Notes: generated from the sequence alone by a model not told the origin. A DNA stretch of 64,000 bases from Candidatus Bathyarchaeota archaeon (GCA_020341775.1 CP070835.1:1692089-1756088), one strand, 5' to 3'; shown: positions 1-9,988, counted from the first letter of the stretch. Translations and numbers: made by a program.

Positions 1-2
1 CA

Positions 3-170
3 CCGAATAATGGAGAGAGAAATGAGTTCTATCATTGGCATCTGGAGGTCTATCCCAAACTGACCATTTGGGCAGGATTTGAAAAAAGCACTGGAATCTA
101 CATTAACGTCGTACCTCCAGAAGATTCCGCTAAAAGTCTGAAAATTGCAATCGAGAAATCTCAAACCTAA
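3..170 (+). CDS. 3' end of a HIT-superfamily nucleotidyltransferase (GalT-like), truncated by window edge
   Basis: Own translation of frame 3: ...NEFYHWHLEVYPKLTIWAGFEKSTGIYINVVPPEDSAKSLKIAIEKSQT*. The HWHLE..P histidine motif followed by AGFE..G..IN..PE matches the C-terminal pattern of GalT/HIT uridylyltransferases. No start codon in window. Confidence 0.45.
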   Translation, partial: PNNGERNEFYHWHLEVYPKLTIWAGFEKSTGIYINVVPPEDSAKSLKIAIEKSQT

Positions 171-808
171 AGCCTATTATCCCGCCTCATTCTTGGGAAG
201 AATCTTCCAGTTTTCTGTTGATATTCCAGAAATTCTTTGCCAAACCTTTCGATGAGCAATTCTTCTTCTAGGCTGACCACATGCAAATAGCCGGGGACTG
301 CAATAAAGGGGATTAGCGCCACCAAGTTCAGCAAAACAAAGAAAAGACCTACGAATAGAATGAAGTAAGCGAGGTACGAGGGATGGCGCACGTAGCGGTA
401 AGGACCCCAAGTCACAAGTTTTTGGTTTTCAGGCATGTCCCATGAAGTGGCATACACCCCCCTCGCTAAAACACTCCAAAGAAATAAGCCATAGCCAAAG
501 GCGGTTGCGAAAATCCCGATCACCTGAACCTCTGAGGCAAACAAAAATTCTAGTTGAAAGCAAGAATCACCTATGACTGAGTGAAATCCGCTTAGGACCA
601 AAATGATATATAAAACCGACTCCAGAAAGAAAATTCCGGTTCCCAAGGCAGCCAAGGTATAGATAGGTCCTGGTGGTAGTTGCACGTCAGCTTTAACCTT
701 GGGCTTCTGTTTCCTTAGGCTGGACTTCACAATGTTGTACAAGTTTCCCACCCAAAAAGCAATCAAGCAACAAGTAAGAAACAGAGCTATCGCAAAGTCG
801 GGAAGCAT
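167..808 (-). CDS. isoprenylcysteine carboxyl methyltransferase (ICMT/PEMT) family membrane protein
   Basis: Multi-pass hydrophobic protein with the C-terminal signature LVTWGPYRYVRHPSYLAYFILFVGL...EEELLIERFGKEFLEYQQKTGRFFP, typical of ICMT/phospholipid methyltransferase family. Confidence 0.8.
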   Translation of the reverse strand: MLPDFAIALFLTCCLIAFWVGNLYNIVKSSLRKQKPKVKADVQLPPGPIYTLAALGTGIFFLESVLYIILVLSGFHSVIGDSCFQLEFLFASEVQVIGIFATAFGYGLFLWSVLARGVYATSWDMPENQKLVTWGPYRYVRHPSYLAYFILFVGLFFVLLNLVALIPFIAVPGYLHVVSLEEELLIERFGKEFLEYQQKTGRFFPRMRRDNRL

Positions 809-891
809 GGATCAGAAATGCCAGCTTGCCTATTTATTTGTTAAATATATAGCCGGAGCTGAGATGAGCGTGAAGAAAAGCCTGCGCGAAA

Positions 892-1482
892 CTAGATACT
901 GTCGTTCGTTTCTGCTGGAAGTTCGCCTACTTCAGACCGTGCCAAGGTGCGTTCCTGCACCTCTGCGGTCGTGCTAGCCGGCTGTTCTGCATCGGACATT
1001 GGAGCCTCTCCGCGCGAAGCCATATTTCGTTCAGGAGCAGGTGGAGCGATTGCTTGCTCGCGCACCGTTGGAGCAGTAGGCAGTTGCTGCTGACCCGAAA
1101 AGAGTAGGTTTGGTGGTGGGTGAGGCGCGTCGATCAATGTTGCCAATAGATACATGGACATGAAAACGTGCTGATATACTCTCTGAAACACATTTGGTGT
1201 TTGCGTCTCAGGGTCTATCTCCAACATTTTCGCGATATCCGCGTCCTTCCCCTCAAGTGTAGCAGCCCCTTCTACCTCAAACTTGGCAACACTGGGCTTA
1301 GTCCCTACAACCAAGGCAAAGCCTACGCTAACCAATCCGCTACGCCGCTCTCTTTCTTCCATTCTCGCTTTGACATCAAAATTTATCGCTTCACTTCTTC
1401 GACTCTCCTCAGCTAACCTGACTCCTGACAAACTATGAATTGCAATTCGAACCACTACATTCAACAGGCTAGCTGAGGGCAA
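892..1482 (-). CDS. hypothetical protein: about 115 aa globular N-terminal domain plus P/A/Q-rich disordered tail
   Basis: Uninterrupted 196 aa ORF immediately downstream of the VWA gene on the same strand. Tail is PPPNLLFSGQQQLPTAPTVREQAIAPPAPE.... No family recognised with confidence. Non-ATG start likely. Confidence 0.5.
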   Translation of the reverse strand: MPSASLLNVVVRIAIHSLSGVRLAEESRRSEAINFDVKARMEERERRSGLVSVGFALVVGTKPSVAKFEVEGAATLEGKDADIAKMLEIDPETQTPNVFQRVYQHVFMSMYLLATLIDAPHPPPNLLFSGQQQLPTAPTVREQAIAPPAPERNMASRGEAPMSDAEQPASTTAEVQERTLARSEVGELPAETNDSI

Positions 1483-1597
1483 ATTTCTTTATACTCCATT
1501 TCACTCAGTAAATTGAATAGCATTCTAGTACAAACCACGCTTTCTTTGGCAAGTTTTTGCTTTGTGTGTGGGCTTGTGTGACAGACAGCCATTTTGT

Positions 1598-3325
1598 TTA
1601 GTTCTCAAGCGCAGCTGCTGAGGCTTGTACAAAGATTCTAGCAAATCTCTTTATGAGGTCTTTTTGGCTACAGACAACGCTGCTTATTTTAAAAAAGTGG
1701 CTCATTCGTTCAGTTTTCAATCCCACGCCAATCACAACGATACCTTTTCTCTCGAGACAGTTTATGGACTCTGACAACGCAGAAGACATGTTTGAATAGC
1801 CTAGGAGCCAACCATCAGAAAGCACAATTAGAAATCTCTGCTCGTCAAATCTCTGTGAAAGGATCTGCCCTGCGACTCGGATCGCGTCAGGCATGTAGGT
1901 TAATCCCTTGAATCTCAATCCTCCAATTCTCGCGCGTACTCTCTGAGAGTACGCTTCAGAAGCGTCTTTTAGTATGTGGAAACGATCGTTAAAAGCAAAG
2001 AGCGTCCACGAGCTTGGATCCATTAATAGCTCCTTTGCAGCTTCTGCAATGCAAATCAGTAAGGCTCGACTGAGCTCATCATTAATCTTCATGCTTGCGC
2101 TCGCATCAAATAGAATCCCCCAAGCATAACTTCTGCTCAAATACTCATTTTGCATAAAAACATCTGTTCTCGGGCTTTGACTCGCAATCTTCTGAATGAC
2201 TTCAGTCATGTCTAATTGCCCGACTTCTTTCCTTGGATCTTCGTCTAATGCATCCTGAGCCACCCTTAGACTGTCCAAAAGTCGTCTACTTCCCCCACGG
2301 AGAAAAACGCGACTCTTTAAATACTGCCCATAATCCTCATCAGGAAAACCTGAGGATTTGAAGTGGGTACCAGCTATATATTTCTCGATTTTTTTTGACA
2401 CCTTCTGCTCTCTTGTCTTCTGGTGAAACCACGAGTCAAAGGCTTGCGTAGCTTCAATGTCAATCTCCTTTTTCCAACACGATTCCATGGGCTCCGCGAT
2501 AGGGGCGACGCCGTTAAGGTGTTCCAATGACTTCTTGAAGCTCTTTTCAAGTTCGACCTTGGACGCGTTTTCATGTCGAGAGAATAGTGTGTGTGGGCTT
2601 ATATGATCGGTGTGTGGCAGAGATGGAATCTCAAGAATCGGACGGTGTGATTCTAGAACTCCTGTAATCTCTCTTTTGATTTTGTCGGAAAACTCAGCGA
2701 CGTCAATGTCCTTTCTCTGGGCCTCAGCCAGCGATTTCCTAATGCTTCCTTTTAGAGAATTCAGCTTTCCATCAATTTGGCTGACAGCACGTTCTTCCTC
2801 TAGAGAGAGCGTTCCTTTCGTAATGCCTACGTTCTGTATCAAAAGCAAAGCAGCCATAATCCGCGTGGCCGAATTAAAGATTCTCTCAGGAGATTTCATT
2901 TTTGTGAAGGCAAACGAATTTGCGAAGGCCAAATCTGCCAGCTTCTCAGGGTGCTTGGTTGAAATGTAGCTGTTCACATATACATCATCAACGAGAGACT
3001 TAGCGAAAGCTTCGACTACTGGACATTTCGACGTTCGTGAGGCTGTGCTTTCCTTACGATTTGGTACCATGGAATGAGCAGTTAAGTGAAAAACACAAGC
3101 GCGAAATAGCCTTCCAACGATAGTTTTTTCAGATCCTGCGGGAATTTCACTCCCAAGGAATGAGACATATCCATCTTCTGCAATTCTGGGCACAGGCAGG
3201 ATTAAGTTGAAGGAAGACTTGTTTCGGGTTAGAACTGGTTGAAGGAGTTGTCGGTCTAAGCGGATATTCGTTTTCTTTTTGTCTCTTTGGAGTGAGAGAG
3301 ACCAAGCATAGTCGAGAAACCCCAT
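1598..3325 (-). CDS. von Willebrand factor A domain protein (NorD/CbbO-like partner of the upstream AAA+ ATPase)
   Basis: C-terminal VWA domain with MIDAS-type DxSxS (ILFDASASM) and LIVLSDGW motifs. Long helical N-terminal region. Starts 37 nt after the CbbQ/NorQ-type ATPase gene, the standard two-gene arrangement. Confidence 0.8.
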   Translation of the reverse strand: MGFLDYAWSLSLQRDKKKTNIRLDRQLLQPVLTRNKSSFNLILPVPRIAEDGYVSFLGSEIPAGSEKTIVGRLFRACVFHLTAHSMVPNRKESTASRTSKCPVVEAFAKSLVDDVYVNSYISTKHPEKLADLAFANSFAFTKMKSPERIFNSATRIMAALLLIQNVGITKGTLSLEEERAVSQIDGKLNSLKGSIRKSLAEAQRKDIDVAEFSDKIKREITGVLESHRPILEIPSLPHTDHISPHTLFSRHENASKVELEKSFKKSLEHLNGVAPIAEPMESCWKKEIDIEATQAFDSWFHQKTREQKVSKKIEKYIAGTHFKSSGFPDEDYGQYLKSRVFLRGGSRRLLDSLRVAQDALDEDPRKEVGQLDMTEVIQKIASQSPRTDVFMQNEYLSRSYAWGILFDASASMKINDELSRALLICIAEAAKELLMDPSSWTLFAFNDRFHILKDASEAYSQRVRARIGGLRFKGLTYMPDAIRVAGQILSQRFDEQRFLIVLSDGWLLGYSNMSSALSESINCLERKGIVVIGVGLKTERMSHFFKISSVVCSQKDLIKRFARIFVQASAAALEN

Positions 3326-3361
3326 GAAAATTACCGCACAGATCCTGGTGGTCGCGGATCA

Positions 3362-4384
3362 TCATTGTTTAGGGAAGACCGACTCAATTACTCTTCTAAC
3401 GTCTCCTTGCACTTCCGTGTTGTCGCTTGTCAATGCAATTATGGTTTCTTCTGCCGCAACATTTGGAGTGTTTCCATCATAAATGAGGGTGGCCCAATTT
3501 ATCAGATCGCCTAGAGATGGTCCATACGGAAGATCTCCTGCCTTGTATTGCCTGCGTAACTCAGCCCCAACTTGAACGATTTTATAAGCCATGTCTTTGT
3601 CAATTCTGGATCGTCTTATCAGCATTTCAACTTCTAGAGGGGAAATCTTGTTGCCAACACTTGTATAGTCGAAGTTTATCCACACAGCCATTCGTCTTCT
3701 CATAGCTGCGTTCAATGGTTTAGTTCCTGCAAACTCTGCAGAATAAGGATTCATGCTGATAACCAGGTAGCCATACTTATGTCTCTCTACGACTTCGTTG
3801 TCCTTCTCGTTTAATACAAGGTGCCCTCTGGTGTCAAGCACCGGGTTGAGTCTTGTGGCAACGTCTTGCTTCATCATGTTAGCCTCATCAAGATACATTA
3901 TCCCCCCCGCCCTCAGCCACCGTGTCACCATGCCATCAATCCAATTTTCTCTTCCCAGGCCAATGAAACGTCCGATCAAGTCGTAGGAAGACGTTTGAAG
4001 GCCACAGTTGACTTCCCAAACGGGCAAGCCGCAAAGCTCTGCCACAAGATATACAATGTGGGTTTTGCCAGTTCCTGATGGACCTATGAGCGAGCATTGT
4101 TTGAAATAGTAAAGCGCTCGGACGATTCGTTCGACGTAATGTTGGCCACTATCAATGTATTCAGGCGTGCCATTAGGAACTAAATCTGCCAAGTGTGCGA
4201 AGCTATAATTTGGATGAAGGTCATATTTCTGGATTTCATATTTGCTATAGAGCGGGGATTGAGACATAGGTCGCTCTTTGTCTATGGACACGGTTATTTT
4301 GAAATTACGTCGCCGGACAGAAGAAATCTTTTGAATTCGACTGGTTTCTTCTGTCTCTTTTAACCCTTGATGCCCATAGCTCAT
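3362..4384 (-). CDS. CbbQ/NirQ/NorQ-family (MoxR-class) AAA+ ATPase
   Basis: Walker A GPSGTGKTH, Walker B IMYLDEANMM, short single-AAA architecture. The ORF-track start at 4384 adds about 39 non-conserved residues; ATG at 4267 (MSQSPLYSKYE...) is the more likely start. Confidence 0.85.
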   Translation of the reverse strand: MSYGHQGLKETEETSRIQKISSVRRRNFKITVSIDKERPMSQSPLYSKYEIQKYDLHPNYSFAHLADLVPNGTPEYIDSGQHYVERIVRALYYFKQCSLIGPSGTGKTHIVYLVAELCGLPVWEVNCGLQTSSYDLIGRFIGLGRENWIDGMVTRWLRAGGIMYLDEANMMKQDVATRLNPVLDTRGHLVLNEKDNEVVERHKYGYLVISMNPYSAEFAGTKPLNAAMRRRMAVWINFDYTSVGNKISPLEVEMLIRRSRIDKDMAYKIVQVGAELRRQYKAGDLPYGPSLGDLINWATLIYDGNTPNVAAEETIIALTSDNTEVQGDVRRVIESVFPKQ

Positions 4385-4565
4385 GATGAATCCACTTGTG
4401 GATTATTATGGCGCGGGGAGAAGATAAATATTGCGTAGCACTACTTGCGATATGTTATCCGTATCCCCGCTGCGTCCACTTCAGTCAGCCAGGTGTGTGT
4501 AAGGGCACACAACATACAAGGCTTTAGTAGCCCAGCCAAGAAAAAGCAAACAAGGGAATGCTCCT

Positions 4566-5099
4566 TTGGGTCAAGAAGCTAGTTCATCGCAAGAGATGAC
4601 GAAAGTCAGTGTCACTAGAAACCAGAGACTAAGTGAATCCGCTGAAGTATCACTCCACGAAGTTCTTGACTCGTTGAAGACTGTTGAGGGTGACATTGGA
4701 CAGATCTGTGAATTGACCTTAGAAGAGAATCGACTTGTGGAGGCCTTCTTTCAATCAACATTGAAGCTTGTGAAGCCACTCGCAGCGACGATTCCTGTTT
4801 CTACAGCCGCGTTTCCTCAAGAAATGGCGAGCGTGGCTCAAGCACATTTGGATCCAGCAGGCCATCTTGTTATCCAATATGGTCTTGGGCGGGTAGAGCT
4901 TAGGAATCTGAGAGAGGAGTGTAATCGCGATCTTCTGATCGCGGTTATCAAAGACGTTTTACCAAAATTTAAGAGACTTACTGCTGCTCATAGGCAGAAA
5001 GTTGAGAGCAGATTTGAAATGTTGTCAGCGATTACTAAAGAAGTGCAAAAGCTGGCTGACGCGTTGGTGCGGGCGACGACCCGCAGCGAACATGAATAA
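4566..5099 (+). CDS. hypothetical protein
   Basis: Clean 177 aa ORF with protein-like composition and no recognisable motif. Convergent with the next gene. Confidence 0.5.
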   Translation: MGQEASSSQEMTKVSVTRNQRLSESAEVSLHEVLDSLKTVEGDIGQICELTLEENRLVEAFFQSTLKLVKPLAATIPVSTAAFPQEMASVAQAHLDPAGHLVIQYGLGRVELRNLREECNRDLLIAVIKDVLPKFKRLTAAHRQKVESRFEMLSAITKEVQKLADALVRATTRSEHE

Positions 5100-5106
5100 A
5101 TCGAAG

Positions 5107-5640
5107 TTATACAACTTTTAACACTGAAAAGTCAGCTATGTACTGGAATTTCTCTGCGAATTCTTTATCTTTCTTATGGCGAAGGACGATTTTCTCAGGG
5201 ACGCCATCGCAATTGTAGACTAGGTATATTATGTCTTTGCCCAAGCCTGATTTTTCAAGTTTCACAATCGAATCTTTCACTTTTTCTAGTTGTTCGATTT
5301 TTCGGGTAATGTTTTCTATAGCGTCAAAGAGGATTTCGGCTTCTCCTAACTCCGATGCGTTAACCATAATGTCATTGAATTGGATCCATTCAGCTGATGT
5401 TGAACTTTTTTTGGACTTGTTTTTTTTGGCCCCCTTTTTTGCCTTGCCTTTGGCTTTTCTCAGGCCTTCCACTGTCTTCGTCCATTCTTCATTAACGATT
5501 TCAGAATCTCGCAAGAAGGATCCTAGCCATTGGCTATATTCTTCCCCAACGGACTTGTATGTCTCAATCTCTCTCTCCAGGGTTTCACTCATCTCTTTGA
5601 TTGAATAGAAACTACGGATCTCAGTCACCACGTTTACCAT
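5107..5640 (-). CDS. hypothetical coiled-coil protein with central Lys-rich linker
   Basis: 177 aa ORF. AAGGAG lies 8 nt upstream of the ATG at 5640. Central KAKGKAKKGAKKNKSKKSS tract separates two helical halves. Confidence 0.55.
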   Translation of the reverse strand: MVNVVTEIRSFYSIKEMSETLEREIETYKSVGEEYSQWLGSFLRDSEIVNEEWTKTVEGLRKAKGKAKKGAKKNKSKKSSTSAEWIQFNDIMVNASELGEAEILFDAIENITRKIEQLEKVKDSIVKLEKSGLGKDIIYLVYNCDGVPEKIVLRHKKDKEFAEKFQYIADFSVLKVV

Positions 5641-5931
5641 TCTTAATTAAGCTCCTTGAGTCATTTTGTTGGGCACTCAACTGTTGCTGAGTGTAGACGA
5701 TACGCAACGTTGTGAAACACGATTTTTCCACGCTGGGCTTTGCGCCTATGCCATTCTTTGGCATGGATTAATCGCGCTAGCATCATGCGTACAGGTTCTT
5801 CCTGCTTCTTAAGAATAAGAGAGTTTGTATGTTACGAGGTTTTACACACCAAGAGAGTTACAGCTATCAGCTGAGAGACATCTTACTCCTTTGCGCTAGA
5901 AATCGCAGAGATGACCCACCAGCTTGTCTCT

Positions 5932-8148
5932 TTATTTGCCTAGATCAATTCTCCTGAACGCGTTGAAAGGCATTTGCTCGTCAACTAAACATTGCCTCAA
6001 GTAATCCTCCAACGTCTCGCCAGCCACCACTTTTATGTCGTAGTCATTGGGATCTACCGAATGCTTATAGTTCTTTGCTGGAATCACAACTTTCCTGAAT
6101 CTCCACGCTTCAGCCGCTTTAATCTTCTCATGAAGCCCTCCTACCGCGGTTACCGGCACCTCACCATCTACGCCGACGTTGATCTCGCCAGTGACCGCGA
6201 CGTCTTGACGGATTGGCTTCCCTTCTATCAGGGAGCACAACAGTATCGTCATTGTCACGCCTGCACTCGGTCCATCAACGCCATAAGCCTGCGCAAAATC
6301 TATGTGAGTGAAATAGTCTTGAGCTATGTCTACTCCATATTTCTGTAGGATGACACTTCTAACTTTCGCAACGCTGTCAGTGATAAAACGCTCCTTTCCG
6401 CCTTTCGCGATCCCAGTAACTTTGTAGTAGCCTTTCAGATGATTGTTGTTTCTGTTATCTCGTTTCTCTAAAAATCCTTTAACTGTCAGTACATTACCGG
6501 TCATCTCGCCACTATAGGGATCCGAGACAACAGCAAGACCGTAGATTTGGCCGAGTCTTGCGCCCTCAGGTTTGATTTCAAGGAGTTTTCCGCGCTCACT
6601 TATTTCGTGCTCAAGAATCTGCTTTTGGATAGTTTTGCAGTGATTCTCTATTGCTTCTCTCACGTGCTTCTTTTCAACTATTTTACAGCCTTCATTGATG
6701 GCCAAAGTGGCTGCAGTTTTAATGATGGCTATCATCGGTCGGAATCGTGTCGTCAATCCATCTCTCTTATTACTTCGCCTTCGACCTTCGTCAACGATTT
6801 CTTGACAGGCTCTTCTACTGAAAGGAATTAGATGGAAACGTGAAACTTCTTGAGCTACGAATTGGACATATTTTCGCCGATTTTCCACAACATTGCGCAT
6901 GTCATTATTCATCCTCACAACTTTTCCGTAGCCGTAAATTCGATCCATTAACGCTGGATGAACCTGCCCGATACTGTCAAAGTTCCCTGCTCCAACTAAG
7001 AAGCACATGCAGGGCACGGGTTCAGTGGAGACTGCCATAGCAGCGGTGTTGCCCTCATCCCATCGACTTCTCAAAGTTACAGGCAACTGACCATCTTCCA
7101 AAACCGTCAACAATGTCACTGCTTCAGATGGTTTCAAGTTCTTAATCTCATCGATGAAGAGAATGCCCATGTGAGCTCGGTGGACATCACCTGCTGACAC
7201 TCTCTGATGTTCTGGAGTTCCTAAACCACCAGTCTGCAGGGGATCCCAGGCGATGCTGCCAAATAGTTGCGCTGAGCCATGGCCTGTTGCATCGATGAAC
7301 GGTGCGACTCTCTTAGTGTTGTCTACTATGAGCTTTGGCACGTTTGTGGCTCTAGCTCCTCCTACTCCTTTTGCACCACCCATCACGCCAAAACGTCCTA
7401 GCACAACTACAAGTATCAGAAACATTAGCATCATGCCCGCGGGTAGAAATGTAGTAGTGCCTATGGACACAAAGCTGTCCAACAAATATTTGGCGAAATC
7501 TCCCCCATACGCTTCCTGAAGAGGAATCCCAAAAGCATTCACCGCGTTGGCTTCCCATTGAAGAGTCTGCTGCCATAAATAATAGAAGCCGGCAAACATG
7601 AAAATCAAAGCCACAACAATCATCAGATAGGTCAAAGCTTTCATGCCTACTTTCTGAAGAAACAGTTTTTTAGTCTCTTTCAATTTTTCTTTGAAAATGA
7701 CTTTTTTCCCATCGCCTGCAGAGTGCGAAGATATTTTCGGTTCACTGGGAATAAGATTGTTTTGCCAGCAAACAATGTCTTGAAGCTGAATTTTATGCTT
7801 CTGGTAAAGTTCCGTGAGATGAGCAGCGAGGGCTCTGCCGATGAGAGATTTTCCGGTTCCCGGGTCACCCAGCAGGAGGAGATATGGGCCAGGAGGGGCT
7901 GTTTTTGTTGTACTCGGTTTTTCTTTATCCGGGTCTTTCCATGCTTCGTACCATTTTTCCTTTTCAAGATACTTGAGCTTGTGAACCCACTCTTCCAAGC
8001 AGAGGTAGCATTCGTTCAAAGCTCGTTCTTGTCCGATAACCCAATCTAAAAGATTGTCAGAGACTGGGTAGCCTTCAGTAGATTTGAAGCTCTTCCAGTT
8101 CCATTTCTTACCAAGGATTTCTTCTTCGTCTTCTCCGAAATAATCCAC
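5932..8148 (-). CDS. lonB: archaeal membrane-bound ATP-dependent Lon protease (LonB)
   Basis: Walker A GDPGTGKS, hydrophobic membrane insertion between Walker A and B (LTYLMIVVALIFMFAGFYY..., LPAGMMLMFLILVVVL), Walker B ILFIDEI, protease Ser motif DGPSAGVTM and downstream Lys (HEKIKAA). GTG start with GGGAG upstream. Confidence 0.92.
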   Translation of the reverse strand: MDYFGEDEEEILGKKWNWKSFKSTEGYPVSDNLLDWVIGQERALNECYLCLEEWVHKLKYLEKEKWYEAWKDPDKEKPSTTKTAPPGPYLLLLGDPGTGKSLIGRALAAHLTELYQKHKIQLQDIVCWQNNLIPSEPKISSHSAGDGKKVIFKEKLKETKKLFLQKVGMKALTYLMIVVALIFMFAGFYYLWQQTLQWEANAVNAFGIPLQEAYGGDFAKYLLDSFVSIGTTTFLPAGMMLMFLILVVVLGRFGVMGGAKGVGGARATNVPKLIVDNTKRVAPFIDATGHGSAQLFGSIAWDPLQTGGLGTPEHQRVSAGDVHRAHMGILFIDEIKNLKPSEAVTLLTVLEDGQLPVTLRSRWDEGNTAAMAVSTEPVPCMCFLVGAGNFDSIGQVHPALMDRIYGYGKVVRMNNDMRNVVENRRKYVQFVAQEVSRFHLIPFSRRACQEIVDEGRRRSNKRDGLTTRFRPMIAIIKTAATLAINEGCKIVEKKHVREAIENHCKTIQKQILEHEISERGKLLEIKPEGARLGQIYGLAVVSDPYSGEMTGNVLTVKGFLEKRDNRNNNHLKGYYKVTGIAKGGKERFITDSVAKVRSVILQKYGVDIAQDYFTHIDFAQAYGVDGPSAGVTMTILLCSLIEGKPIRQDVAVTGEINVGVDGEVPVTAVGGLHEKIKAAEAWRFRKVVIPAKNYKHSVDPNDYDIKVVAGETLEDYLRQCLVDEQMPFNAFRRIDLGK

Positions 8149-8390
8149 TATTCTCCCTCTGCATTCATTTGAACGATGCGAGACGGTTTCATCACAAGAA
8201 AACTATATCTCTAGTCTTAATATACAGCTTATTTTGCACCCATTCATATGTCCCCTTTTAGAATATATCGCAGGATTTTGTGTGTTGGTGACTACTAATC
8301 TGTATTGAGAGTTCAGAAGTATAAAATAGAAGTTGAACTCAACTGGCAATCCACTCATTCCAAATTCCGAGTTAGAATGATGGAGATGGC

Positions 8391-9299
8391 TTGTTCGTGG
8401 AAACAGTTATGGAACGTCCTCAAAGAGTTACTAAACTCCTCGACGAAAACACTGGAGCATGGAAACTCGTCAGAAAGGACAAAGGCCCGCTCAAATCAGT
8501 AGAACTTATTGAGAGCATGTTCCAAAAGCTTGGTCTCTCTAAAAACGAAATTAGGGTTTACATTTACCTTGCCCGCTCGAAGGAGCGAAAAGCAAGTGAA
8601 ATTTCTGAAGCCCTAAGTCTACACAGAACAGAAACATATCGGATACTGCGAGACTTGGAAAAAAAGGGCCTAGTCCTATCCGTTTTCGAAAAACCTTTGA
8701 AATTCATCGCTACACCCTTCGAGCGAGCCATCGACGCCCTCATCGAAGCAAAAAAAATGAGAATACGACGGTTAGAAAAGAGGAAGAAAGACCTAATTGA
8801 CCTTTGGGTGTCTCTGCCTCAACCTGAAATGAAACATAAAAGAAAAGAGGTCTTCCAGATACTGGAAGGCGAAGAGCAAATTGATTTCAAATCAAATGAA
8901 ATAATTCAAAACATGCAGCAGCAGATCAGTGTCTTTGTTTCTGAAGAAGATCTTGCAAGATTATATCATTCAGGGTTTATAGATCGACTTGAGAAGCTCT
9001 CGAAAAAGAACTTCGTCAAACTTCTAGTAAATGACTCACGGAAAAGCCGGTTTTTTGCCGAAAAAGTGAGACTAGCAAATGTGAGATATACGGTCTCAGA
9101 TGTTGAAGATGTTCCAACCTTCATTCTAGTCGACCAGGAACAACTCCTTCTTGTGATAAGAAAGAGTGGAGAGAAAGCGAAACGAGCAAAAATCGCTGCT
9201 TTGTGGACGAACTATAATGCCTTCGTCAGGGTTTTAGAGAAGCTCTTCTCAGAGCTGTGGAATGTTGAGGAACCTTTAACGCGTGATTCTTCATCTTAG
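8391..9299 (+). CDS. TrmB-family transcriptional regulator
   Basis: N-terminal wHTH LGLSKNEIRVYIYLARSKERKASEISEALSLHRTETYRILRDLEKKGLV is the TrmB signature. Start may be the internal ATG at 8409 (MERPQRV). Confidence 0.8.
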   Translation: MFVETVMERPQRVTKLLDENTGAWKLVRKDKGPLKSVELIESMFQKLGLSKNEIRVYIYLARSKERKASEISEALSLHRTETYRILRDLEKKGLVLSVFEKPLKFIATPFERAIDALIEAKKMRIRRLEKRKKDLIDLWVSLPQPEMKHKRKEVFQILEGEEQIDFKSNEIIQNMQQQISVFVSEEDLARLYHSGFIDRLEKLSKKNFVKLLVNDSRKSRFFAEKVRLANVRYTVSDVEDVPTFILVDQEQLLLVIRKSGEKAKRAKIAALWTNYNAFVRVLEKLFSELWNVEEPLTRDSSS

Positions 9300-9372
9300 A
9301 AAACAGAATTTCATCACCGTATTCTTGCGAAATTTAGTGAATTCTGAGCGTTAAGCTGCGTCATCTCCTGCT

Positions 9373-9382
9373 ACACACAAAT
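9373..9382 (+). promoter_or_regulatory. ACACACAAAT motif upstream of pilin gene 1
   Basis: Exact 10-mer, about 52 nt upstream of the ATG at 9434. The same 10-mer recurs at 10098 and 10807. Confidence 0.4.
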
Positions 9383-9421
9383 GAACATAGTTTACCATGC
9401 ATATTCTTATGTCAATGACTG

Positions 9422-9988
9422 TTGGGGAAAAAGATGATGAAACAAGTTTTAAGGAATAAAGCAGGCCTTAGCACAGTCGTTACTACTCTGATTATTCTGG
9501 TTGTCTCAGTGCTGCTAGCTACTGTCGTTACTTTCTACGCCATCAACGTGACCACAACCAGAGTCCAAGAAGAAAGTCTGCAAATATTCAAGCAGCATAT
9601 TTGGCACAACGGCACCTCATTCGGAGAAGCAGGCTTTATCATAATCAATACGGGTGGTCGAGACGTCGTTATCGACAAGATCACTGTGAGAGGCCAAGAA
9701 TGCGCGTGGACGACTGTTTACCACAACAAAACGCAGGACACAATCAACAGCGACCTTGTGTACAACTCCACTCTTACGGATGGTGGAACCATAACCGTAG
9801 GCTCGACTGGTTACACGTTCACTCAGGCTAGCGACGACTTGATCTTGAAGTCGGGCTGGACCATGATAGTCTACATAGCCAACCCTGACCATGTTTCGGT
9901 GGGTGACATCGGTGTCACCATAGGCGTCACGGTTTTCACTGCGAACGCTCAATACTACAAAGAATGTAATGTAGAAGCTTCGCTTTAG
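9422..9988 (+). CDS. archaeal type IV pilin (class III signal peptide), copy 1
   Basis: Short basic leader then ...RNKAGLSTVVTTLIILVVSVLLATVVTFYAINV, a pilin N-terminal hydrophobic helix. Several N-x-S/T sequons. Likely ATG start at 9434. Confidence 0.8.
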   Translation: MGKKMMKQVLRNKAGLSTVVTTLIILVVSVLLATVVTFYAINVTTTRVQEESLQIFKQHIWHNGTSFGEAGFIIINTGGRDVVIDKITVRGQECAWTTVYHNKTQDTINSDLVYNSTLTDGGTITVGSTGYTFTQASDDLILKSGWTMIVYIANPDHVSVGDIGVTIGVTVFTANAQYYKECNVEASL

